Assembly: GCA_002269645.1 (NCBI GenBank)
Contig: NIVC01000514.1
Location: forward strand, 186,001 to 250,000
Length of the DNA stretch: 64,000 nt
Direction: 5' to 3'
DNA from: Macrostomum lignano
Taxonomy: Eukaryota
Position numbers and translations under genes: made by a program
The notes under the pieces: model-generated
What the model saw: the letters and a program-made list of their open reading frames with translations, nothing else
What the model was told of the DNA's origin: nothing
Database searches by the model: none
In this document: piece by piece, positions 10,001 to 25,340 of the stretch
Layout: every line of letters begins with the position of its first letter
Position numbering within the stretch: the first letter of the stretch is position 1

Positions 10001-12331
10001 CGCGAGCGACTACGGGCTGAATTCGGAGTGATTGGCTGGCTGTGGGAGTTACTACTAACTGTGGAGTGACTGGCTGGCTGCCGGAGTGACTGGCTGGCTG
10101 CGGGAGTGACTGGCTGGCTGTAAGAGTGAGTGGCTGGCTGCGGGAGTGACTGGCTGGCTGCGGGAGTGACTGGCTGGCTGCGGGAGTGACTGGCTGGCTG
10201 CGGGAGTGACTGGCTGGCTGCAGGAGTGATTGGCTGGCTGTGGTAGTTACTACTAACTGTGGAGTGACTGGCTGGCTGCGGGAGTGACTGGCTGGCTGCG
10301 GGAGTGACTGGCTGGCTGCAGGAGTGAGTGGCTGGCTGCGGGAGTGACTGGCTGGCTGCAGGAGTGACTGGCTGGCTGCGGGAGTGACTGGCTGGCTGTG
10401 GGAGTGACTGACTGGCTGTGGGAGTGACTGGCTGGCTGTGGGAGTGACTGGCTGGCTGTGGGAGTGACTGGCTGGATGCGCGAGCGACTACGGGCTGAAT
10501 TCGGAGTGATTGGCTGGCTGTGGGAGTTACTACTAACTGTGGAGTGACTGGCTGGCTGCGGGAGTGACTGGCTGGCTGCGGGAGTGACTGGCTGGCTGCG
10601 GGAGTGACTGGCTGGCTGCGGGAGTGACTGGCTGGCTGCGGGAGTGACTGGCTGGCTGTGGGAGTGAGTGGCTGGCTGCGGGAGTGACTGGCTGGCTGCG
10701 GGAGTGACTGGCTGGCTGCGGGAGTGACTGGCTGGCTGCGGGAGTGACTGGCTGGCTGCGGGAGTGACTGGCTGGCTGCAGGAGTGATTGGCTGGCTGTG
10801 GTAGTTACTACTAACTGTGGAGTGACTGGCTGGCTGCGAGAGTGACTGGCTGGCTGCGGGAGTGACTGGCTGGCTGCGGGAGTGACTGGCTGGCTGCGGG
10901 AGTGACTGGCTGGCTGTGGGAGAGACTGGCTGGCTGCGGGAGTGACGGGCTGGCTGCGGGAGTGAGTGGCTGGCTGCGGGAGTGACTGGCTGGCTGCGGG
11001 AGTGACTGGCTGGCTGTAGGAGTGAGTGGCCGGCTGCGGGAGTGACTGGCTGGCTGCGGCAGTGACTGGCTGGCTGCGGGAGTGACTGGCTGGCTGCGGG
11101 AGTGACTGGCTGGCTGCGGGAGTGACTGGCTGGCTGCAGGAGTGATTGGCTGGCTGTGGTAGTTACTACTAACTGTGGAGTGACTGGCTGGCTGCGGGAG
11201 TGACTGGCTGGCTGCGGGAGTGACTGGCTGGCTGCGGGAGTGACTGGCTGGCTGTGGGAGTGACTGGCTGGATGCGAGAGCGACTACGGACTGAATTCGG
11301 AGTGATTGGCTGGCTGTGGGAGTTACTACTAACTGTGGAGTGACTGGCTGGCTGCGGGAGTGACTGGCTGGCTGCGGGAGTGACTGGCTGGCTGCGGGAG
11401 TGACTGGCTGGCTGCGGGAGTGACTGGCTGGCTGCGGGAGTGACTGGCTGGCTGCGGGAGTGACTGGCTGGCTGCGGGAGTGACTGGCTGGCTGCAGGAG
11501 TGAGTGGCTGGCTGCGGGAGTGACTGGCTGGCTGCGGGAGTGACTGGCTGGCTTCGGGAGTGACTGGCTGGCTGCGGGAGTGACTGGCTGGCTGTGGGAG
11601 TGACTGGCTGGCTGCGGGAGTGACTGGCTGGCTGCGGGAGTGACTGGCTGGCTGCGGGAGTGACTGGCTGGCTGCGGGAGTGACTGGCTGGCTGCGGGAG
11701 AGACTGGCTGGCTGCGGGAGTGACTGGCTAACTGCGAGAGTGACTGGCTAACTGCGAGAGTGACTGGTTATATGCTCCTACCTTTTACCTGCATGCTGTC
11801 GTGCGATTCACACCCTGAGGGCCGAGGGCGTGCCTGCGTGCAGTATATTGGCGCGCTTGCATGCCCTCAGGAGTCCGTGGAATGGGCAGAGTAGCCTCAG
11901 CACTGGTTGTGAGACACCGCGCCTAAAACAATACGCCAGGGTGCTCACAGCGCTCTTGCGAGTATTAATAAGCTCCCTAAATTGAGGATAATTGTCCCAA
12001 CTCATTCCAGGCTCTTCGCCAGCTAACTTTCCCATTCGAGGTGCGGGTGGCTCGCGAGCGAAATCCCAACATATTTGACCCCAACCAGCTGCGCCTGGAG
12101 ACCGGCGACATCGTGGAGGTCCAGCAGCCTGACGAGCAGCAGCCGGAGATCTGGTTCGGCTTCAACCAGAGATCGAAGCGGCAGGGATATTTTCCCTTCA
12201 ACTATGTCTGCCCGCTCTCCGCGTCATCGAAGCGCCTGACCAGCCACAGCTTCTCCTCCATGTCAACGATGGTCACGCAGACCGCCAACAGCAGCGGCGA
12301 CCTCATCGACAAATTCGTCTCGCAGCATTGA
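4050..12331 (+). CDS. Multi-exon gene (5' end outside window or upstream): RhoGEF-type RGS-like domain + C1 zinc finger + SH3. Exons 4050-4785, 5409-5525, 6538-6588 (tentative), 8147-8182 (tentative), 8372-8664, 12011-12331
   Basis: AG/GT sites with consistent phases. KRAAFSVYSTFL...EIQTKRRDG resembles the rgRGS domain of RhoGEF2/PDZ-RhoGEF. HLLRPVELDRIRACSACGKLLCG..QAMRCK|VGDCQVVSHRAC..C is a C1 domain. LRLETGDIVEV...WFGFNQRSKRQGYFPFNYV is an SH3 domain. Confidence 0.8.
4786..5372. repeat. 24-bp intronic minisatellite (CTGGATGAGTGCTTCATGTGGTGC)
   Basis: Tandem units start at the donor GTGAGC; source of the spurious ORFs 4615-5602. Confidence 0.95.
5568..5660. repeat. 28-bp tandem repeat, ~3 copies
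   Basis: AATTGACAATAGAAATCAATCAATGTAC repeated. Confidence 0.85.
5682..6080. repeat. 55-bp minisatellite, ~7 copies
   Basis: TGGTTGGCTAGCCAATGTACATTGCGGATTCCTTTCCTACCCCATCCTTGCGGCC units. Confidence 0.9.
6695..6892. repeat. 48-bp tandem repeat, 4 copies
   Basis: CTGCACTCGTGTGATAGCCTACCGTGAGCATATTTCACGCTACATAAG units. Confidence 0.9.
7192..8071. repeat. 16-bp minisatellite (GCCAGTGCAGGTGAGT), ~55 copies
   Basis: Direct observation; source of ORFs 7105-8137. Confidence 0.95.
8700..11765. repeat. 20-bp minisatellite (GGGAGTGACTGGCTGGCTGC) with recurring variant blocks
   Basis: About 3 kb array filling an intron. Confidence 0.95.
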
Positions 12332-15100
12332 ATGAGTTTGGGCTGTTCTTGTGAACAAGTGAATAAATAGACCTTGTGAATGAGTTTGGGCTGTTCTTGT
12401 GAACAAGTGAATAGACCTTGTGAATGAGTTTGGGCTGTTCTTGTGAACAAGTGAATAGACCTTGTGAATGAGTTTGGGCTGTTCTTGTGAACAAGTGAAT
12501 AGACCTTGTGAATGAGTTTGGGCTGCTCTTGTGAACAAGTGAATAGACCTTGTGAATGAGTTTGGGCTGCTCTTCTGAAAAAGTAAATAGACGTTGTGAA
12601 TGGGTTTGGGCTGCTCTTGTGAACAAGTGAATAGACCTTGTGAATGGGTTTGAGCTGCTCTTGTGAACAAGTGAATAGTCCTTGTGAATGAGTTTGGGCT
12701 GCTCTTGTGAACAAGTGAATAGTCCTTGTGAATGGGTTTGAGCTGCTCTTGTGAACAAGTGAATAGTCCTTGTGAATGAGTTTGGGCTGCTCTTGTGAAC
12801 AAGTGAATAGACATTGTGAATGGGTTTGAGCTGTTCTTGTGAACAAGTGAATAGACCCTGTGAATGAGTTTGGGCTGCTCTTGTGAACAAGTGAATAGAC
12901 CTTGTGAATGGGTTTGAGCTGCTCTTGTGAACAAGTGAATAGACCTTGTGAATGGGTTTGAGCTGCTCTTGTGAACAAGTGAATAGTCCTTGTGAATGAG
13001 TTTGGGCTGCTCTTGTGAACAAGTGAATAGACATTGTGAATGAGTTTGGGCTGCTCTTGTGAACAAGTGAATAGTCCTTGTGAATGGGTTTGGGCTGCTC
13101 TTGTGAACAAGTGAATAGACCTTGTGAATGAGTTTGAGCTGCTCTTGTGAACAAGTGAATAGACCTTGTGAATGAGTTTGGGCTGTTCTTGTGAACAAGT
13201 GAATAGACCTTGTGAATGAGTTTGGGCTGCTCTTGTGAACAAGTGAATAGACCTTGTGAATGAGTTTGGGCTGCTCTCGTGAACAAGTGAATAGACCTTG
13301 TGAATGAGTTTGAGCTGCTCTTGTGAACATGTAAATAGACCTTGTGAATGAGTTTGGGCTGCTCTTGTGAACAAGTGAATAGACCTTGTGGATGAGTTTG
13401 GGCTGTTCTTGTGAACAAGTGAATAGACCTTGTGAATGAGTTTGAGCTGCTCTTGTGAACAAGTGAATAGACGTTGTGAATGAGTTTGGGCTGTTCTTGT
13501 GAACAAGTGAATAGACCTTGTGAATGAGTTTGAGCTGATCTTGTGAACAAGTGAATAGACCTTGTGAATGAGTTTGAGCTGCTCTTGTGAACATGTAAAT
13601 AGACCTTGTGAATGAGTTTGGGCTGTTCTTGTGAACAAGTGAATAGACCTTGTGAATGAGTTTGGGCTTATCTTGTGAACAAGTGAATAGACCTTGTGAA
13701 TGAGTTTGAGCTGCTCATGTGAACAAGTGAATAGACCTTGTGAATGAGTTTGAGCTGCTCTTGTGAACATGTAAATAGACCTTGTGAATGAGTTTGGGCT
13801 GTTCTTGTGAACAAGTGAATAGACCTTGTGAATGAGTTTGGGCTGTTCTTGTGAACAAGTGAATAGACCTTGTGAATGAGTTTGAGCTGATCTTATGAAC
13901 AAGTGAAAAGACTTTGTGAATGAGTTTGGGCTGCTCTTGTGAACAAGTGAATAGACCTTGTGAATGAGTTTGAGCTGCTCTTGTGAACATGTAAATAGAC
14001 CTTGTGAATGAGTTTGGGCTGTTCTTGTGAACAAGTGAATAGACCTTGTGGATGAGTTTGGGCTGTTCTTGTGAACAAGTGAATAGACCTTGTGAATAAG
14101 TTTGGGCTGATCTTGTGAACAAGTGAATAGACCTTGTGAATGAGTTTGGGCTGTTCTTGTGAACAAGTGAATAGACCTTGTGAATGAGTTTGAGCTGATC
14201 TTGTGAACAAGTGAATAGACCTTGTGAATGGGTTTGAGCTGATCTTGTGAACAAGTGAATAGAACTTGTGAATGAGTTTGGGTTGATCTTGTGAACAAGT
14301 GAATAGACCTTGTGAATGAGTTTGGGCTTATCTTGTGAACAAGTGAATAGACCTTGTGAATGAGTTTGAGCTGCTCTTGTGAACATGTAAATAGACCTTG
14401 TGAATGAGTTTGGGCTTATCTTGTGAACAAGTGAATAGACCTTGTGAATGAGTTTGAGCTGCTCTTGTGAACATGTAAATAGACCTTGTGAATGAGTTTG
14501 GGCTGTTCTTGTGAACAAGTGAATAGACCTTGTGAATGAGTTTGGGCTGTTCTTGTGAACAAGTGAATAGACCTTGTGAATGAGTTTGGGCTGATCTTGT
14601 GAACAAGTGAATAGACCTTGTGAATGAGTTTGGGCTGTTCTTGTGAACAAGTGAATAGACCTTGTGAATGAGTTTGAGCTGATCTTGTGAACATGTAAAT
14701 AGACCTTGTGAATGAGTTTGGGCTGTTCTTGTGAACAAGTGAATAGACCTTGTGGATGGGTTTGGGCTGATCTTGTGAACAAGTGAATAGACCTTGTGGA
14801 TGAGTTTGGGCTTATCTTTTGAACAAGTGAATAGACCTTGTGAATGAGTTTGAGCTGCTCTTGTGAACATGTAAATAGACCTTGTGAATGAGTTTGGGCT
14901 GTTCTTGTGAACAAGTGAATAGACCTTGTGAATGAGTTTGGGCTGTTCTTGTGAACAAGTGAATAGACCTTGTGAATGGGTTTGAGCTGATCTTGTGAAC
15001 AAGTGAATAGAACTTGTGAATGAGTTTGGGTTGATCTTGTGAACAAGTGAATAGACCTTGTGAATAAGTTTAGGCTGATCTTGTGAACAAGTGAATAGAC
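12329..15100. repeat. 44-bp minisatellite, ~63 copies
   Basis: GAATAGACCTTGTGAATGAGTTTGGGCTGCTCTTGTGAACAAGT units; source of the 44-aa-periodic minus-strand ORFs. Confidence 0.95.
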
Positions 15101-15635
15101 TCACCTTATTGAGTGAATTATATAAAAATTAATTTTTATGAATTGCTGGCAAAACTTGTCCATAGCACAGGCAAATAGTTGAGATTCCGCGATATCAAAA
15201 CAATTAATTAATGAGAGTTGAACTCCGCTGTCTAGTTTTTATTAATCCCATTGTGCTGCTTTACTCGCTCGCCTGCTCGCTCTGCTTAACGCATGCCTTG
15301 CTGTACACAAGCTGTAATTCCCTCATTATTTGTTTTATCTTTTTATACCGCCTGCGGATTTGTATGCACTTCCCACCCCACCGGTTCCGTGTGTCTTCCT
15401 AATTGGCGAAGCTCACCTGGAAACCGCAGCCCCCGCCTGCGCATCCGGAGGCCATGACACTCGCGACCAAATTTTAACCCAGCTTGGCACAAATTCTAAC
15501 TTTTATGAATTTTGAACTGGAAAATATACTTGCTATTCTATACATTCTGAGTGTTTTCACTGCTCAAATCGTAAACATTTATTGAAATTGCAGCGTCTTT
15601 GGCTCTTCTGCACCGCTCAACAAACCATGAGCTTA

Positions 15636-16270
15636 ATAATAGTCACGTGACTGCTAGCAGCCAATCTTAGTCAGCTTATTACAATAGAGTCACGTGACTG
15701 CTAGCAGCCAATCTTAGTCAGCTTATTACAATAGAGTCACGTGACTGCTAGCAGCCAATCTTAGTCAACTTATTACAATAGAGTCACGTGACTGCTAGCA
15801 GCCAATCTTAGTCAACTTATTACAATAGAGTCACGTGACTGCTAGCAGCCAATCTTAGTCAACTTATTACAATAGAGTCACGTGACTGCTAGCAGCCAAT
15901 CTTAGTCAACTTGCAATAGAGTCACGTGACTGCTAGCAGCTAATCTTAGTCAACTTGCAATAAAGTCACGTGACTTCTAGCAGCCAATCTTAGTCAACTT
16001 GCAATAAAGTCACGTGACTTCTAGCAGCCAATCTTAGTCAACTTAAAAATTTCCAATTCCAGTTTTGGCTGCTAGCAGTTGCGTGATCCCGATTTAACTG
16101 TGGACTGGCTTCTAGGAGTCACGTGAGTCTGATTTGACTCTGAACCGAGAGATAGCAGTCACGTGACTTTATTATAATAAGTCAACTAAGATTGAATGTT
16201 AGAAGTCACGTGACTTCATTGAAAGTTGACTAGTTTGGCTGCTAGTAGGCACGTGACTTTGTTGTAATAA
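15636..16270. repeat. 47-bp tandem array followed by inverted degenerate copies (foldback-like)
   Basis: ATAGAGTCACGTGACTGCTAGCAGCCAATCTTAGTCARCTTATTACA ~8 times, then reverse-oriented copies at 16060-16270. Confidence 0.85.
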
Positions 16271-16359
16271 TAAATTTTCCCATTTTTACTGCAAGTAGTT
16301 TGTTAGGCACAGGAATTTTTATTGTTGGTTTAATCGCCACCCGGCCCTCAGCCCGTAAG

Positions 16360-18511
16360 CTGGCCTCGCCTGCCGCATCAGCGCCAGCAGCGGCGGTTGC
16401 AGCTGCCGCTGTTTTCCGCGGCCTCCGCGACTCTCGCTGGCGCTTTGTTCGGCGAGTCAGCGGCCGGCCGCAGTCGGTGGAGGCCGAAGGCGAGGCCGCC
16501 TTTGAGAGCTTCGAAGCTTCCGCCAGTCGGTGGAGCTGTCTGACCTATCGGGAGTCCGGGCGGATGCGGTCGCTGACTGCTGGGGATGCCGCTGCTGACT
16601 GGCTGCCCGTGAGCGCCAGGTGGGTGAGGGCTGATAATCCAAGTTTATCTGACTCTGTGTGGCTTAATGAGTCCTGTGATTCTCTTAGGTTCTCTTAGGT
16701 CAGGTAGTCATCTTGTGTGTCCCTGAGTCATCTCTTAGGTCAGGTAGTCATCTTGTGTGTCCCTGAGTCATCTCTTAGGTCAGGTAGTCATCTTGTGTGT
16801 CCCTGAGTGATCTTTTAGGTCAGGTAGTCATCTTGTGTGTCCCTGAGTGATCCCTTAGGTCAGGTAGTCATCTTGTTTGTCCCTGAGTCATCTCTTAGGT
16901 CAGGTAGTCATCTTGTGTGTCCCTGAGTGATCCCTTAGGTCAGGTAGTCATCTTTTGTGTCCCTGAGTCATCTCTTAGGTCAGGTAGTCATATTGTGTGT
17001 CCCTGAGTCATCTCTTAGGTCAGGTAGTCATCTTGTGTGTCCCTGAGTCATCCCTTAGGTCAGGTAGTCATATTGTGTGTCCCTGAGTCATCCCTTAGGT
17101 CAGGTAGTCATCTTGTGTGTCCCTGAGTCATCCCTTAGGTCAGGTAGTCATCTTGTGTGTCCCTGAGTCATCCCTTAGGTCAGGTAGTCATCTTGTGTGT
17201 CCCTGAGTCATCTCTTAGGTCAGGTAGTCATCTTGTGTGTCTCTGAGTGATCCCTTAGGTCAGGTAGTCATCTTGTGTGTCCCTGAGTCATCTCTTAGGT
17301 CAGGTAGTCATATTGTGTGTCCCTGAGTCATCTCTTAGGTCAGGTAGTCATCTTGTTTGTTCCTGAGTCGTCTCTTAGGTCAGGTAGTCATCTTGTTTGT
17401 CCCTGAGTCATCTCTTAGGTCAGGTAGTCATCTTGTGTGTCCCTGAGTCCTCTTAGGTCAGGTAGTCATCTTTTGTGTCCCTGAGTCATCTCTTAGGTCA
17501 GGTAGTCATCTTGTGTGTCTCTGAGTGATCCCTTAGGTCAGGTAGTCATCTTGTGTGTCCCTGAGTCATCTCTTAGGTCAGGTAGTCATCTTGTTTGTTC
17601 CTGAGTCATCTCTTAGGTCAGGTAGTCATATTGTGTGTCCCTGAGTCATCTCTTAGGTCAGGTAGTCATATTGTGTGTCCCTGAGTCATCTCTTAGGTCA
17701 GGTAGTCATCTTGTTTGTTCCTGAGTCGTCTCTTAGGTCAGGTAGTCATCTTGTTTGTCCCTGAGTCATCTCTTAGGTCAGGTAGTCATCTTGTGTGTCC
17801 CTGAGTCCTCTTAGGTCAGGTAGTCATCTTTTGTGTCCCTGAGTGATCTCTTAGGTCAGGTAGTCATCTTGTGTGTCCCTGAGTCATCTTGTGTGTCCCT
17901 GAGTCATCTCTTAGGTCAGGTAGTCATCTAGGAGGTGAGTCTCGGTCAGAGGTCAGCGGTGAGGTCAGGAGATGAGGCTCAGTCAGCGGTGAGGTCAGGA
18001 GGTGAGGCTCAGTCAGCGGTGAGGTCAGGAGGTGAGGCTCAGTCAGCGGTGAGGTCAGGAGGTGAGGCTCAGTCAGCGGTGAGGTCAGAAGATGAGGCTC
18101 AGTCAGCGGTGAGGTCAGGAGGTGAGGCTCAGTCAGAGGTCAGCGGTGAGGTCAGGAGGTGAGGCTCAGTCAGCGCTCTGTCCCTGCAGGTACCGCTACG
18201 TGCTGGACGGCGGCGCAGGCGGCGGCCTGTCGGTGCATTTTGCCGACCCGGACTCGAGCGACGCGGACCCGCCGGACACCTGGCGGCTTTTCCACCGGGT
18301 GGAGTTCAGCGATGAGGCGGCGGCGGCGGCAGCTGCTGGCAGTCCGGTCGAGCTGACTGCCGGCGGGCGGCACCTGTGCTCGGCGGATTTCTACCTGGCC
18401 GACTACCGCTTCCGTTTCCATGGTGACCGGCTGACCGAATTTTCCATAGCCTATTCAGTCCGAGGCCCGGCCAAGGACTACGTATCCAGCACGAAGTTCC
18501 AGCCGGCCTGA
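16360..18511 (+). CDS. DUF6314-family protein, two exons (~16360-16619, 18190-18511); initiator not identified
   Basis: Spliced translation VFRGLRDSRWRFVRRV..EGEAAF..LTYRESGRM..VSAR|YRY..RLFHRVEF..HLCSADFYLADYRF..YSVRGPAKDYVSSTKF matches my recollection of the DUF6314 motifs (HxCxxDxY, V.GP.KDY). The phase-2 intron joins AG+G to give Arg. Confidence 0.75.
16682..17928. repeat. 40-bp intronic minisatellite
   Basis: TCTCTTAGGTCAGGTAGTCATCTTGTGTGTCCCTGAGTCA units. Confidence 0.95.
17932..18175. repeat. 30-bp minisatellite next to the acceptor
   Basis: GGTGAGGCTCAGTCAGCGGTGAGGTCAGGA units. Confidence 0.9.
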
Positions 18512-19944
18512 GTGCACTTTTGTTGTGACACCTAAAGTACATGTAGCCCTTTTAGCCCCACTGTGACAGACACACCTTTCAATGTGACTATCGCTTCTGT
18601 CTCTACAACCTAATTTCCTATGCAACCAACATAACAAAAATAGCCTGCGTACGTGTCCATAGACATGTGCATTCACCGCATGTGTCACCTGGTAACAGCT
18701 GCTGGTGTGCCTGTACATGTACATGTACTTTTTATCTCATCCCTGTTGCTATGCTTTGGTCCATCGACATACTGCAACATTTCATTGAAAACACTGGGAG
18801 CAGCTCAGCGTTTGTCCTGAGGCTGGTTGTGCAATTCTCAACCGTGAGGGCCAACCCCAAGGCACCACACAGAGTGTACATGTCTGACGATTAGAAAGTG
18901 CGGGCCGCTGTACATCCTGTGTGAGTTTCTATTTACGTAGAATGTCCGAAATGTACGAAATGTATGTAGAACATTTAGTAGCACAAGTAGAATGTATGTA
19001 ATCTACTTCCATGCATGTTGATCCTTTTGTGAAATTTTCTTGAAGTTTCAAGCAGGCCAGTTTCGGGAACTTCAAACAGATCTGCCTCAGAGGGGGGCTC
19101 GGTGAGTCCTGCAAACAGCAGCTGCGCCCGAGAGTCGCCGGGGGGGGGGGTTCAAACAGACGCGCCACGGACTCGGCAACTTCGAGTGGCCGCGCGCCAA
19201 ACAGCCGAGTGGCGCATCGGCGCCTCCTGTCATTGTTGAGTCCCTCCTGTTGAGTGGCTTCTCATTTCTTGAGCACTTTGGTTTGCCTATCAGCTCACTG
19301 CTCAGCTGAGCTGGGGGGCTCTTGAGCACCTCTCTGAGTATCGATTTGATCTCAATCCCCCGCTCACTGCTCACATCTCCGGCTCACCATGCCAGCCAGC
19401 CATTGTTCTCTTCGCTTTCTGGCCTGCATTGGCGGAGTCGCCTCTCGAGTGCTGGACGGCCTCAGAACATTTTTAACTTCCGCTTCGAGGCGACTCGGAG
19501 ATTTCGAAGAGAAATTCAATTCAGGCAGTGCAGTTTAAAATCGATATTGATAGGCCAATCATAAATGACAGCGTTCAAAGTTTAATTAGGCATCGGTGAC
19601 TTACACAGCAGTTGCAGGTGCAAGCAGTGGCGGCAGTGACTCAGTGAGAAGTTCAGGAAAATCACAAGCGGAATCAGAGAGGATTGCACGGTTGAGAATA
19701 AAGTTTTGCACTAAGCCGAATTCAGATAAGTTTTGCCTACGGGCAAGTGCGTCAATAACAGATGCAGTGCACTGACAAAGTTGGATTACAGAAACTGTGA
19801 TTTATGCATGCATGTAAGTTCTCTATAGCCAGAAAGTAAAAACAAATGTAAATTGGTCCGAGAAGCATACAGAAAGTGCAAGTTACAGTACGTCAATTAC
19901 GAATAGCATTGCATTTCACTTTTACGGAGTTGATGACGGAGTTG

Positions 19945-20295
19945 TGAATGTCGGGAAGTGGTGAAGCTTCATGGGGTGGTGGCGATGGCGGAGCTGTGAA
20001 TGTCGAGAAGTGGTGAAGCTTCATGATGGGGGGTGGTGGCGATGGCGGAGCTGTGAATGTCGAGAAGTGGTGAAGCTCATGGGGTGGTGGCGAAGGCGGA
20101 GCTGTGAATGTCGAGAAGTGGTGGAGCTTCATGGGATGGTGGCGAAGGCGGAGCTGTGAATGTCGAGAAGTGGTGGAGCTTCATGGGGTGGTGGCGAAGG
20201 CGGAGCTGTGAATGTCGAGAAGTGGTGAAGCTTCATGGGGTGGTGGCGAAGGCGGAGCTGTGAATGTCGAGAAGTGGTGGAGCTCATGGGTGGTG
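19945..20295. repeat. ~52-bp minisatellite downstream of the Fez stop codon
   Basis: GAAGTGGTGAAGCTTCATGGGGTGGTGGCGAAGGCGGAGCTGTGAATGTCGA units. Confidence 0.9.
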
Positions 20296-20347
20296 GCGTA
20301 ACTTTGAATGTAGAGGCCGTGGAGCTTCCGGGTGCCGAAGTCGGTTC

Positions 20348-24258
<3,911 letters not shown>

Positions 24259-24845
24259 TTCGCGCTGGAAAGGAAGATGCGGATGAATGGATGGACTTCC
24301 TATGGAAGCGCTGGCCAGAGAATTGGGTATTAAGCGTAGGACTAAAACTTTAGTCGGGAACCCTGGTTTCTCCCCGGTGAATCCGGTCTTCAAAAGCCAA
24401 ATGGAACAGTTAGAGACAAGTCTTACCTGCTACGAGTCTGCCAAGCAAGCCGAGTCAAAGTTCGAGTCAGAAAATGAGAAAATTTCGGACTTAAATTTTC
24501 TCCGCCTCCGGGCTCTCGGCGGCGGCAGCTGAAATACTCGAGCAGCTTCGGCCAGGTGATTGACAGGCCGGGGCAGCCCGCAGCGGCTGGGGCAGCGGGC
24601 CGAGCTCTCATTGGCTGCCGAGCGGTCCTGTCCGACCACACACAGGCAGCTGAGTCAGTGCGCCCGGGTCTCAATTAGCTCCCGCCATGGACTTCCACAT
24701 GCAGCGTCTGGACTGACAGAAACCCTTTGAAGACTTTTTTCGTCAGCGGAACTTGAAGCTGTCGGATAAATTTAAAAAGTCGATGATAAAATGATCTTTG
24801 ATGGCGCTGCCTGGAGAGCTTGACCGCAACTGTGAGAAGACATGG

Positions 24846-25340
24846 TTGGCGCCAGCTACAGAGAAGGCTACAGTGGGGCGCCAGCTACAGAAGGGGCGCC
24901 AGCTACAGAGGAGGCTACAGTGGGCGCCAGCTACAGAAGGGGCGCCAGCTACAGAAGGAGCGCCAGCTACAGAAGGAGCGCCAGCTACAGAAGGAGCACC
25001 AGCTACAGAAGGAGCACCAGCTACAGAAGGGGCGCCAGCTACAGAAGGGGCGCCAGCTGCAGAAGGGGCGCCAGCTGCAGAAGGGGCGCCAGCTACAGAA
25101 GGGGCGCCAGCTACAGAGGAGGCTACAGTGGGGCGCCAGCTACAGAAGGGGCGCCAGCTACAGAAGGAGCGCCAGCTACAGAAGGAGCGCCAGCTACAGA
25201 AGGAGCACCAGCTACAGAAGGAGCACCAGCTACAGAAGGGGCGCCAGCTACAGAAGGGGCGCCAGCTGCAGAAGGGGCGCCAGCTGCAGAAGGGGCGCCA
25301 GCTACAGAAGGGGCGCCAGCTGCAGAAGGGGCGCCAGCAG
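24846..25340. repeat. 18-bp minisatellite (GCTACAGAAGGGGCGCCA)
   Basis: Direct observation. Confidence 0.92.

Noticed and set aside
11808-12035. 75-aa minus-strand ORF
   Set aside because: Overlaps the SH3 exon acceptor antisense; no motif or splice support.
4615-15104. Long periodic ORFs (CLDECFMW, HWHSPALALTCTG, 44-aa TRSIHLF repeats)
   Set aside because: Translations of intronic or flanking minisatellites; open in several frames only because the units lack stops.
12329-17928. CRISPR-like regular repeats
   Set aside because: No unique spacers, no cas genes, eukaryotic context.
19087-19564. GC-rich stretch with short ORFs and a GTGAGT
   Set aside because: Could not build a consistent exon chain or recognise a product.
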